A stretch of 33,849 nucleotides of DNA, taken from the sequence record SRR22947727_3973. One strand, given 5' to 3'. How positions within the stretch are numbered: position 1 is the stretch's first letter; each line of letters opens with the position of its first letter. Below are positions 1 to 8,665 of the stretch, one piece after another. The notes under the pieces were generated by a model. That model made no database searches. It was given only the letters and a program-made list of their open reading frames with translations, and was not told the origin of the DNA. The position numbers were made by a program, and so were the translations under genes.

Positions 1-264
1 CGCCAGATTGATCGGATGCCAATAGGCCGCATTGGCCACGCCGCATCCCAAGCGGATGTTTTCGGTGTGATCCGCCCACCACGTCATAATTTGAAACGGA
101 TTGGGCGCAATAGTCATTTCCAGCGCGTGATGCTCCGCCGCCCAAGCAATTTCAAAGCCAGCTCGGTCAGCCATTTGAACCATTTCGAGGACATGATCGC
201 GCACCGCGCGCATATCTGTCTGCGCATCCATACGTTCTAAATTTATCGCAATGTGAAACTTCAT
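1..264 (-). CDS. LLM-class (luciferase-like) flavin-dependent monooxygenase, TgnB-like; 5' part only, continues beyond the left edge
   Basis: Hand translation from ATG at 264: MKFHIAINLERMDAQTDMRAVRDHVLEMVQMADRAGFEIAWAAEHHALEMTIAPNPFQIMTWWADHTENIRLGCGVANAAYWHPINLA. It has the LLM motifs W-x-x-EHH, P-N-P, IRLG and HP. It starts 4 nt after the ALDH stop. Absent from the ORF track because the window truncates it. Confidence 0.9.
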   Translation of the reverse strand, partial: MKFHIAINLERMDAQTDMRAVRDHVLEMVQMADRAGFEIAWAAEHHALEMTIAPNPFQIMTWWADHTENIRLGCGVANAAYWHPINLA

Positions 265-268
265 CTGA

Positions 269-1744
269 TCACCTTGGTTGAAAGGGGTTGGCGATAGGAT
301 CATCCGACAGGTTGACCCAGATGGTTTTGGCCCGGGTATAATCATACATGGCTTGCAGCCCAGCCTCCCGCCCATGGCCGGAGGTTTTCACGCCTCCAAA
401 TTCAGCAATCGGCGAAATCATTCGGTAGGTATTGACCCAAACCATTCCGGATTTCAATGCTTTGGCCAAACGCAGTTGCCGGGCGCCATCGCGGGTAAAC
501 AGCCCCGCGGCCAGCCCATGCTTGGTATCATTGGCCAGGGCCAAAACCTCCGATTCCGTGCGAAACCGCTGGACGGCCAGCACCGGGCCAAAGAGCTCCG
601 TGTCGACAATGGTCATATCTTGGCGCGGGCATTCGATGATGGTGGGTTCAAAGAACAAACCCGACCCCGCAAGGCGGCGGCCGCCGCAAAGAAGCCTGCC
701 CCCCTCCTCGATGGCCAGGGCCACTTGCCGCTCGATATGTTCAATTTGACAAAGCGTGCATAGGGGGCCCATTTCCGTCGCATCGGCCTGCGGATCGCCA
801 ATGACAATGCCGCGGGCGATTTTGAGCATACGCGCCAAAAAGTCATCCGCTATGTCGTCATGCAAATAGAGCCGTGAGCCCGCCACGCAGGATTGACCGC
901 TGGCCGCGAATATCCCAGCAATCGCACCATTCACAGCGCTCTCGATATTGGCATCGTCGAAAACAATAATCGGGGATTTGCCGCCCAACTCCAAACTCAC
1001 TTCTGCAAAATTTTCCGCAGAATTCTTGATCACCTGTGCCGCAGCCGCCGGCCCGCCCGTGAACGCGACGCGCGCCACTTTCGGATGACGGGTTAATTCC
1101 CGACCGCAAACCGCGCCATGCCCGGTAATGATATTGACCACACCGGGCGGGATACCAGCCTCAGCCACCAACTTCCCAAAGGCCAAGAGGGGCGCACTGG
1201 CATGTTCGGAGGCCTTTAGCACCATCGTATTGCCTGCGGCCAGCGCCGGGCCCAGCTTGGTCGCGGTGAGGAACATTTGGCTGTTCCAAGGGATCACCGC
1301 CGCGATGACCCCCAAGGGCTCTCGGTTCGTAAACACAAACATTTCAGGCTTATCAATCGGCAATGTGTCACCACTGATCTTATCGGCGGCGCCCGCAAAA
1401 AAATGCAAATATTCGGCGATATAGGTGGCCTGCCAAGCGGTTTCCTTGAACATTTTACCGGTGTCGCGGGTCTCGATGCGCCCGATCTCTTCGGAATGGG
1501 CCGCCAAGAGATCTGCCAGCCGGGCCAAATGCTTGCCGCGCTGGGTCGGGGTCATAGCCCCCCACGGACCGTCCAAGGCCGCCGCTGCAGCTTCCACAGC
1601 CCGGTTCACATCCGCATAGGTGGCCTCTGGGATGCGGGCCCAAGCCAGGCCGGTGGAGGGATCAATGCAGTCAAAGGCCGCCCCACCCGAGGCCGCGCAC
1701 CACTGGCCATCAATCAGCATCTGCAATGTTTCAAGTTCAGCCAT
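269..1744 (-). CDS. NAD(P)-dependent aldehyde dehydrogenase, TgnC-like
   Basis: 491 aa with PWN, FTGG, LELGGKSP (catalytic Glu), GQSCVAGSR (catalytic Cys) and ELFGPV; SD-like GGAGGGG upstream. Confidence 0.93.
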   Translation of the reverse strand: MAELETLQMLIDGQWCAASGGAAFDCIDPSTGLAWARIPEATYADVNRAVEAAAAALDGPWGAMTPTQRGKHLARLADLLAAHSEEIGRIETRDTGKMFKETAWQATYIAEYLHFFAGAADKISGDTLPIDKPEMFVFTNREPLGVIAAVIPWNSQMFLTATKLGPALAAGNTMVLKASEHASAPLLAFGKLVAEAGIPPGVVNIITGHGAVCGRELTRHPKVARVAFTGGPAAAAQVIKNSAENFAEVSLELGGKSPIIVFDDANIESAVNGAIAGIFAASGQSCVAGSRLYLHDDIADDFLARMLKIARGIVIGDPQADATEMGPLCTLCQIEHIERQVALAIEEGGRLLCGGRRLAGSGLFFEPTIIECPRQDMTIVDTELFGPVLAVQRFRTESEVLALANDTKHGLAAGLFTRDGARQLRLAKALKSGMVWVNTYRMISPIAEFGGVKTSGHGREAGLQAMYDYTRAKTIWVNLSDDPIANPFQPR

Positions 1745-1853
1745 ATGCCCCTCCCCTGCTTTTTCCCTGCAAGACTAGCAGAGTTTCATAGCAAAAAAGG
1801 AAAATTGCGTCGCTTGTCCTCATGAAAACCGACGCCAGGTGATAAATTTTGCC

Positions 1854-3095
1854 TTAGGAGGGGCTGACACCGCGCAGACGCTCCGATCTGCGGCGCAGCA
1901 ATTCCACCGTGGTCAAAAGCAAGATCGAGATGATGACCAAGATCGTTGCGACAGCCAAGATAGTGGGCGAAATCTGCTCACGAATGCCGCTGAACATCTG
2001 CCGCGGGATCGTACGCTGGCGCACATCCGCCAGTTGCAACACCGCCACGACCTCGTCAAAGCTCGTGATAAAGGCAAAAAGCGCCCCGGAAATGACCCCA
2101 GGCAGAATCAATGGCATTTGCACCTTGAAGAAGGTACGGATCGGCCCCGCGCCCATATTCGCGCTGGCCCGAGTCAAAGATTGATCAAAGCCCGACAAGG
2201 TGGCCGTCACCGTGATGATCACAAATGGTGTGCCCAAAGCCGCATGAGCCAGAATGATGCCAAGATAAGTCTTCGCCAAGCCGACACTCGAGAAAAAGAA
2301 AAACAGACCCGAGGCGGTGATCACCAAGGGCACAATCATCGGTGAAATCAACAGGGCCATGATTGGGCGGCGCCAGGGCATGTCGCTGGAGGACAGGCCA
2401 ACTGCGGCCAGAGTGCCCAGAGCTGTCGAGATCATCGTGGCCCAGAAGCCAATGAAAAAGGAGTTGCGAATGGAGCGAATCCATTGTGCATTCGACCACA
2501 TATCACTCCACCAACCGACAACCGCCTCCGGATCCACCATGCCATTTTGCAATATGTCGATATACCAGCGCATCGAATAGGCCAGTGGATCAAAGCGCAG
2601 CATTCCGGGGGTGAAACTGAAATAGGGCTCTTGGTTAAAGCTCAAAGGGATCAGCACGAAAATCGGCATAATCAAAAAGACAAAGATCATGCCGCAAATC
2701 ACGCGAAAACTGTAGAACCAGAGCACTTGCCGCGCCGTGGCATAGGGCGGCAGGTTCAATCGATAGCGGCCCGAAGCCAGCCAACAGGTCATGCCACCGG
2801 CAATATAGCCCACAATGGCCATCAACACGCCGTAGGCAAAGCCAACCAATCCAGATCCGACAGCGAAGAAGGCGATAACACCCAGCCATGCGGCCAGGCG
2901 TCCACGATCCCCAAGCCGGGTCACCGCAAAAGAAAAGGCCGCAAAGAGCGCCGCGCCAATGGCCAAAAAGGGCAGCATGAGCCCAGTATCGCCCTGGGCA
3001 GTCATCAAACCAGCCAAGCCGCCAAAGCCTGCCAAAATTCCCACAGTGAACCCCAGCGGGGGTTTGGGTGGAATATAACGATAGTCACCTGTCAT
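1854..3095 (-). CDS. ABC transporter permease, PotC-like, with an N-terminal membrane extension
   Basis: EAA-loop equivalent LTRASANMGAG, FITSFDEVV motif, many hydrophobic segments. Confidence 0.9.
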   Translation of the reverse strand: MTGDYRYIPPKPPLGFTVGILAGFGGLAGLMTAQGDTGLMLPFLAIGAALFAAFSFAVTRLGDRGRLAAWLGVIAFFAVGSGLVGFAYGVLMAIVGYIAGGMTCWLASGRYRLNLPPYATARQVLWFYSFRVICGMIFVFLIMPIFVLIPLSFNQEPYFSFTPGMLRFDPLAYSMRWYIDILQNGMVDPEAVVGWWSDMWSNAQWIRSIRNSFFIGFWATMISTALGTLAAVGLSSSDMPWRRPIMALLISPMIVPLVITASGLFFFFSSVGLAKTYLGIILAHAALGTPFVIITVTATLSGFDQSLTRASANMGAGPIRTFFKVQMPLILPGVISGALFAFITSFDEVVAVLQLADVRQRTIPRQMFSGIREQISPTILAVATILVIISILLLTTVELLRRRSERLRGVSPS

Positions 3096-3100
3096 TGGTC

Positions 3101-4351
3101 TTATCCCAGTTTCATATTGTCGATGCCCACCACGCGGTCATAGACCCAGAAGAGGAACATCACGAACACCAGCATCACCAGCCCCAGGGCCGCCGCAAGG
3201 TTCCAGTTCAGTGATTTTCGCATGTGGAAATCGATGATGTTTGACACCATCTGCCCATCTTGCCCGCCAACCAGCGCCGGGGTGATGTAATAGCCAATGG
3301 CCAAAATGAAGACCAACAAAGCCCCTGCCCCAATGCCCGGCACGGATTGCGGGAAATAGACGCGCCAAAAGGCCGTCCAATCCGTTGCGCCCATCGACTT
3401 GGCCGCCCGCACATAGCTGGGTGGAATGGTTTTCATGACAGAAAACAACGGCAAGATCATGAAGGGCAGCAAAATATGGGTCATGGCAATCAATGTGCCG
3501 GTTTTGTTGTAGATCAAACTGAAGCGATCCTCATCCGTCGCCAGACCAAAGACCACAAAGAGGTCATTCATCACCCCTTGAGCTTGAAGCATGGCGATCC
3601 AAGCGGTGGTGCGCACCAGCAGCGACGTCCAAAATGGCAAAAGCACTAAGATCAACAGCAAGTTCGAGGTGCGCAGCGGCAGGGAGGCCATCAGAAAGGC
3701 AATGGGATAGCCGAGGATCAAGCAAAATATCGTGACCAAAAAGGAAATTTCCATTGTCCGCGCAAAGAGCTGCACGTGAATGCGGCGTTCTTCACTTTGC
3801 TGTATGATGGACCCGTCGGCCAACATTTTGCGGTCCAAAGCCGCCGCGATATAGGCGGGCGTAAAGATCCGGCTGGCGGTTTTCATCGCATGCCAAGTTT
3901 CAATATCGGCCCAATCTTTGTCTTTCTTGATCAAAGCCTCCATATAGGGCGGCTTCATTTTCTTGGCGTTGCGGGCGGTCTTGGTAAAAAGGCTCCGGGT
4001 GCCGCTCAGCTCGCGGTTGACCCGCGTGGCCACTTTCCCGATGGTTTTTTCTTTTTTTGCCACCACCAAATCGGCCACCAAAGCGGCGGCCATCTGTTCG
4101 GTCGGCGCCGTGCCGCCATCCCAATCGGCCATGGCCTCAGAGGTCGCAGGCATCAGCGTCGCGAACCGCGCATCATAGACTGATTGGCGCAAGAAATCCA
4201 AAATAGGGTAGACAAAAACCACAATGATAAACGCCAAAAGCGGAAGAGCCAGACCAAAGGCCCGCGCTCGGCTTCGAAACATAGATTGCGCCAATTTCCG
4301 CTTTAGGGGGGTACCATCTACCGCAAGAAGCGGTTTAGAGGAGTCCGTCAT
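3101..4351 (-). CDS. ABC transporter permease, PotB-like, with a large soluble insertion
   Basis: LLPFWTSLLVRTTAW, HILLPFMILPL, YVRAAKSMGA and GYYITPALVGG motifs. Confidence 0.92.
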   Translation of the reverse strand: MTDSSKPLLAVDGTPLKRKLAQSMFRSRARAFGLALPLLAFIIVVFVYPILDFLRQSVYDARFATLMPATSEAMADWDGGTAPTEQMAAALVADLVVAKKEKTIGKVATRVNRELSGTRSLFTKTARNAKKMKPPYMEALIKKDKDWADIETWHAMKTASRIFTPAYIAAALDRKMLADGSIIQQSEERRIHVQLFARTMEISFLVTIFCLILGYPIAFLMASLPLRTSNLLLILVLLPFWTSLLVRTTAWIAMLQAQGVMNDLFVVFGLATDEDRFSLIYNKTGTLIAMTHILLPFMILPLFSVMKTIPPSYVRAAKSMGATDWTAFWRVYFPQSVPGIGAGALLVFILAIGYYITPALVGGQDGQMVSNIIDFHMRKSLNWNLAAALGLVMLVFVMFLFWVYDRVVGIDNMKLG

Positions 4352-4365
4352 ACGTTCAAGATCCC

Positions 4366-4402
4366 AAAATAAAAAGAGAATGGGGCGCCCACGAGCGCCC
4401 CA
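4366..4402 (-). terminator. Hairpin/intrinsic terminator after the binding-protein gene
   Basis: Minus strand TGGGGCGC-TCGTGG-GCGCCCCA followed by TTCTCTTTTTATTTT. Confidence 0.7.
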
Positions 4403-4413
4403 CCAAAATCAAA

Positions 4414-5511
4414 TTAGTTGATCAACCAAGCGTTGAAACGCTCGTTGAGCTCGTCTGCGTTATCAGCCCAGAATTCAAAGTCGTTCGGAATAGCTGTTAC
4501 CAAATTTGCAGCAGCAGTTGGCATTTGAGGACCCATTTCTAGGTCAGCATTGCTATGATAAGTTGTCACATAGGGTGCTGATGATTTTCGAGCTGGACCG
4601 TAAGCGATGTAGGATGCTTGCGCGGCCAACTGCTCTGTCGAGGTTGAGAATTTCAAAAAGTCCATTGCCAATTCAGCATTTGGTGCGCCCTTTATGATCG
4701 CCCACATATCAACGTCGAGAACTTGCGCGTCCCAGACGATTTCAAAGGATTTACCCTCACCGGCCACTGCGTTAAAAATACGTCCGTTATAGGCTGTCGT
4801 CATAGCAACTTCGCCATCAGCCAACAATTGTGGAGGCTGCGCGCCAGCTTCCCACCAAACAACCATGTCTTTGATGGTGTCAAGTTTCGCGAATGCTCGA
4901 TCAACTCCTTCGTCTGTTGCCAAAACATCGTAGATGTCAGCGGAGGCGACGCCGTCAGCAGCCAAAGCCATTTCCAAGTTTGCTTTTGGCGACTTGCGCA
5001 GACCGCGCTTGCCAGGGAAGGCATTCACATTGAAGAAATCTGCAATAGTTTTCGGGCCATTGGGTGTCGCCGATGAATCATAGGCAAAGATAGTGGACCA
5101 AACAATGTTGGCCACAGCACAATCTGTGAAAGAGCCAGGAATGAAGTCATCCACGGCCGCTGTCCCATCAGAACCCGCTGGCAAGGACGTCGGATCGATT
5201 TCCATGAAGAGGCCTTCATCACAACCGCGTACCGCATCTGACTTCTCAACGTCGATGATGTCCCAAGTCACGTTGCCAGCTTCCACTTGCGCCTTAACTT
5301 CAGCGATACCTCCTGAATAGTCTTCAGATACAACCGTGTTGCCAGTCGCTGCTGTCCAAGGTTTATGGTAAGCTTCGACTTGCGAAACTGTATATGCGCC
5401 ACCCCACGAAACTGCTGTGATGCTGCCTGTGTGGCTACCGGCAAACGCGCTGGTGGCGCCAAGAGCCAGAGCGGTTCCGGTCAAAAGTAGAGTTGTCTTT
5501 TTCATAATCAT
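4414..5511 (-). CDS. Periplasmic substrate-binding protein, PotD/PotF-like family
   Basis: Sec signal peptide (KKTTLLL...AFA); SWGGAY, WDIIDVE, FPGKRGLR and GAQPPQLLADGEV motifs. The start may be the second Met at 5505. Confidence 0.92.
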   Translation of the reverse strand: MIMKKTTLLLTGTALALGATSAFAGSHTGSITAVSWGGAYTVSQVEAYHKPWTAATGNTVVSEDYSGGIAEVKAQVEAGNVTWDIIDVEKSDAVRGCDEGLFMEIDPTSLPAGSDGTAAVDDFIPGSFTDCAVANIVWSTIFAYDSSATPNGPKTIADFFNVNAFPGKRGLRKSPKANLEMALAADGVASADIYDVLATDEGVDRAFAKLDTIKDMVVWWEAGAQPPQLLADGEVAMTTAYNGRIFNAVAGEGKSFEIVWDAQVLDVDMWAIIKGAPNAELAMDFLKFSTSTEQLAAQASYIAYGPARKSSAPYVTTYHSNADLEMGPQMPTAAANLVTAIPNDFEFWADNADELNERFNAWLIN

Positions 5512-5580
5512 AGTCTCCCAGTTAAAACTTAGTTATCGGCCCCGATCTACGCCGGGGGTCGTTGTCCGACTTGGCGGCTG

Positions 5581-6678
5581 TTAAGCATCCAAAGCGCGGC
5601 AATCTTCGGGCATCCAGCCAATCTCAATTTGCGTGCCTGGTTTCAGACGCACTTGATCTGGCGCGTTGCGCGTTTTGATAATGAACTCATCATTGCCCGC
5701 CACGCGCAACCGCGTGCGGAAGATATCGCCCATATAGATGAACTCAAGAACCTCTGCTTGAAGCGTGTGCACACCTTTTTGCAAACGATCCTTGTTATAT
5801 TCGACTCGCTCCGGGCGAATGGACACACGCGTGCGCTCACCCGGCTTGGTTACATTAACCGGTTTACAATCGATCAAGTCACCACTGTCGAGCTCAACCA
5901 AGGACACACCGTTTTTGATCTCTTTGACCACACCTTCAAGGGTGTTATTTTCGCCAATAAACTGCGCCACAAAGCTATTTTCGGGGCTTTCATAAAGCTC
6001 GTCGGGCGGGGCGATTTGCTGGATGACCCCATCGTTGAACACCGCAACCCGATCCGACATTGTCAGGGCTTCAGTTTGGTCGTGGGTCACATAGACCACT
6101 GTGATCCCAAGTTTATGGGCCAAATCTGTGATCTCAAACTGCATCTTTTCCCGCAGTTGTTTGTCAAGGGCTCCCAAAGGCTCATCCATAAGCACCAGCT
6201 CCGGCTCAAAGACCAAAGCCCGCGCCAATGCGATGCGCTGCTGCTGCCCACCTGACAGCTGGGCCGGACGGCGCGTTATAAAATCTCCCATCTCAACCAT
6301 ATCCAGCGCGCGCTTCACCTTAGCCTCACGCTCAGATTTTCCGAACTTGCGCACCTCCAAGGGGAAAGACAGGTTCTCCCCGACAGTCATATGCGGGAAC
6401 AAGGCATAGTTTTGGAACACCATACCAATGCCACGTTTGTGAGGTGGGATATTGTTGATGGGCTTTCCATCAAGCAAAATTTCTCCGTGAGTGGCGGTCT
6501 CAAATCCGGCCAACATCATCAGGCAGGTGGTTTTGCCGGAACCCGATGGGCCCAACATGGTTAAGAACTCACCCCGTGGAATAGCCAAATTCAGGTCTTT
6601 GACCACTAAAACTTCGCCGTCGTAACTCTTTTGCACGCGTTGAAATTCAACAAATGCTTTCGTCTGTGCCTCAGCCAA
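5581..6678 (-). CDS. ABC transporter ATP-binding protein, PotA-like
   Basis: Walker A GPSGSGKT, FQNYALFPHM, signature LSGGQQQR, DEPLGALD, VTHDQ, C-terminal TOBE-like domain; TTG start. Confidence 0.95.
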   Translation of the reverse strand: MAEAQTKAFVEFQRVQKSYDGEVLVVKDLNLAIPRGEFLTMLGPSGSGKTTCLMMLAGFETATHGEILLDGKPINNIPPHKRGIGMVFQNYALFPHMTVGENLSFPLEVRKFGKSEREAKVKRALDMVEMGDFITRRPAQLSGGQQQRIALARALVFEPELVLMDEPLGALDKQLREKMQFEITDLAHKLGITVVYVTHDQTEALTMSDRVAVFNDGVIQQIAPPDELYESPENSFVAQFIGENNTLEGVVKEIKNGVSLVELDSGDLIDCKPVNVTKPGERTRVSIRPERVEYNKDRLQKGVHTLQAEVLEFIYMGDIFRTRLRVAGNDEFIIKTRNAPDQVRLKPGTQIEIGWMPEDCRALDA

Positions 6679-7043
6679 ACCTTGATCCCCGTGTTTTCCA
6701 ATCTCGGTGGATTGGTATTCTTGTGTCGGTGATTAACAAACAAACATTGGCGTGACGCAACCGGAAACTTGAAAATATCGGCAATTTGACCCAGTTTTTT
6801 TCGCGGCACCCGCTTCGGGCTGCATTACCTTGCAAAAAAACTTCGGAATGATCCGTTTTTTTGAAGAAACTTGTCAAAGCAACTTTACGGGTCAGGTGCA
6901 AACAGAATCAGCCACCGCAAAAATCACCCCTGTGACTGGCACCATTCAGATTACTAAAGAAAAGACAGATCACGCCATTGAATTGTGCCGCAAAGAAGAT
7001 ATGTCTCGTTCGAGTATTTTTCGTGACAGGGACTGGAAAAACC

Positions 7044-7532
7044 ATGGTTGACCGCAGCTTATTCATTGAGGCGATGCGCCATGTGGCGCAATCTGTCACG
7101 GTCGTCACCACTCAGGGCGCTGATGGATGCACGGGCGCAACCGTCAGCGCTTTTTCCTCTCTCTCGGCCGACCCGCCCTCCGTTTTGGTCTGTTTGAGAT
7201 CCGACAGCCGGATCGGTCTGGCGGTGGGGCGCAATCGGGTATTTTGCGTTAATGTTCTGCCTGAAGGGGCAAGCGCGCTGGCTGGCCGCTTTGCGGGTCG
7301 ATTTGACGCCGAAGAGCCCGACCGTTTTGGCGCCATCGACTGCCGACACTCCCGCAGCGGGCCAGTGCTCAGCGGCGCCACAGCCTTCGAATGTACCGTG
7401 GATCAAATCATCACCCATGGCAGCCATGACATCTGTATCGGAAATGTGACAGCCATCACCAATGCCGCCACCGCCCCCTTGGCCTATATGGACGGCAGCT
7501 TTCAAATCGTCCGACCCGAAGGGGCGTCTTAG
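7044..7532 (+). CDS. Flavin reductase (HpaC/RutF/TgnA-like family)
   Basis: From ATG 7044: MVDRSLFIEAMRHVAQSVTVVTT...GATVSAFSSLSADPPSVLVCL...FCVNVL...GSHDICIG...PLAY. Confidence 0.88.
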   Translation: MVDRSLFIEAMRHVAQSVTVVTTQGADGCTGATVSAFSSLSADPPSVLVCLRSDSRIGLAVGRNRVFCVNVLPEGASALAGRFAGRFDAEEPDRFGAIDCRHSRSGPVLSGATAFECTVDQIITHGSHDICIGNVTAITNAATAPLAYMDGSFQIVRPEGAS

Positions 7533-7669
7533 CCCCCAGCGCGGGACGCGCGTGTTTCGGATCCTGTCAGACTACTCGGAAAGTGACGGAATCGCTAAAG
7601 GCCATTATTTCCATGAATATTTATGGATCGCAAAACCGATCCGCGACCACACTCCAAATTGCCATTTTG

Positions 7670-7696
7670 ATAAAGGGCCGCAAGGCCCCCGTTTAT
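7670..7696. terminator. Hairpin between the convergent flavin reductase and yebC genes
   Basis: ATAAA-GGGCC-GCAA-GGCCC-CCG-TTTAT. Confidence 0.45.
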
Positions 7697-7714
7697 TGCC
7701 TTATGTCGAACCGG

Positions 7715-8455
7715 TTACAATGCAGCCATGACCTCGTCGCTGACCTCAAAATTGGCCGTGACACGCTGGACGTCATCGTCGTCTTCCAAGGTATCAATCA
7801 GCTTCATCAGCTTTTCCATACCCTCCAGATCCAACTCGGTGGTCGTTTGCGGCTTCCAGATCAGCTTGGCGCTCTCAGATTCGCCCAATTGCGCCTCCAA
7901 AGCGTTAGAGACCTCATTGAGGTCTGTATCAGCACAGAAAATCGCATGGCCGTCTTCGGTGGATTCCACATCTTCCGCCCCAGCTTCCAGCGCGGCCATC
8001 ATCACCGTGTCCTCATCGCCCACCTCCAAAGGATAAAGCACCTGACCTTTGCGATCGAACATAAAAGACACCGAGCCTGTTTCGCCCAAATTTCCACCAC
8101 ATTTGGTAAATGTGCTGCGGACGGTTGAGGCTGTGCGATTGCGGTTATCGGTCATTGCTTCCACGATCACCGCGACGCCGCCAGGCCCATAGCCCTCGTA
8201 GCGGATTTCATCATAGCTCTCGGCATCGCCGCCCTGGGATTTTTTAATCGCGCGATCAATCACATCTTTCGGAACAGATTGCGATTTCGCCTCTTTCACC
8301 GCCAAACGCAGCCGCGGGTTTTTATCGGGATCCGGATCGCCCATTTTGGCTGCAACGGTGATCTCCTTGGCCAATTTAGAAAATAATTTTGACCGCGCTG
8401 CATCCTGCCGCCCTTTGCGGTGCTGGATATTTGCCCATTTGGAATGGCCTGCCAT
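7715..8455 (-). CDS. yebC: YebC/PmpR family protein
   Basis: [29 protein letters not shown] and LEDDDDVQ motifs. Confidence 0.97.
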   Translation of the reverse strand: MAGHSKWANIQHRKGRQDAARSKLFSKLAKEITVAAKMGDPDPDKNPRLRLAVKEAKSQSVPKDVIDRAIKKSQGGDAESYDEIRYEGYGPGGVAVIVEAMTDNRNRTASTVRSTFTKCGGNLGETGSVSFMFDRKGQVLYPLEVGDEDTVMMAALEAGAEDVESTEDGHAIFCADTDLNEVSNALEAQLGESESAKLIWKPQTTTELDLEGMEKLMKLIDTLEDDDDVQRVTANFEVSDEVMAAL

Positions 8456-8486
8456 GACAGCCCCCTAAGTTTAAAGATTTCGACCG

Positions 8487-8515
8487 TTTTTAGGCGGGGC
8501 GGCGGGGCAATTCAA
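8487..8515 (-). promoter_or_regulatory. Putative sigma70 promoter of yebC
   Basis: TTGAAT-N17-TAAAAA, ending 31 nt upstream of the ATG. Confidence 0.5.
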
Positions 8516-8665
8516 CCCATCTTTAGGTGCAATTCATACCAATCTCGTGAAAGCGCCCAGCGCGGCGGGATATTGGTGTTTTGCCAATATCTGAAAATGC
8601 GATCACCGAGCCCCACCAAAATTTCCCGCGTCTCTCGTCCCAGGCCTTGGCTTTTCTGACCGCCG

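Noticed and set aside
16-240. 74-aa ORF on the + strand
   Set aside because: Shadow of the minus-strand LLM monooxygenase gene.
6679-7043. Riboswitch or defined regulator site in the 365-nt divergent region
   Set aside because: No recognisable aptamer or strong palindrome; probably holds promoters, but I cannot place them.
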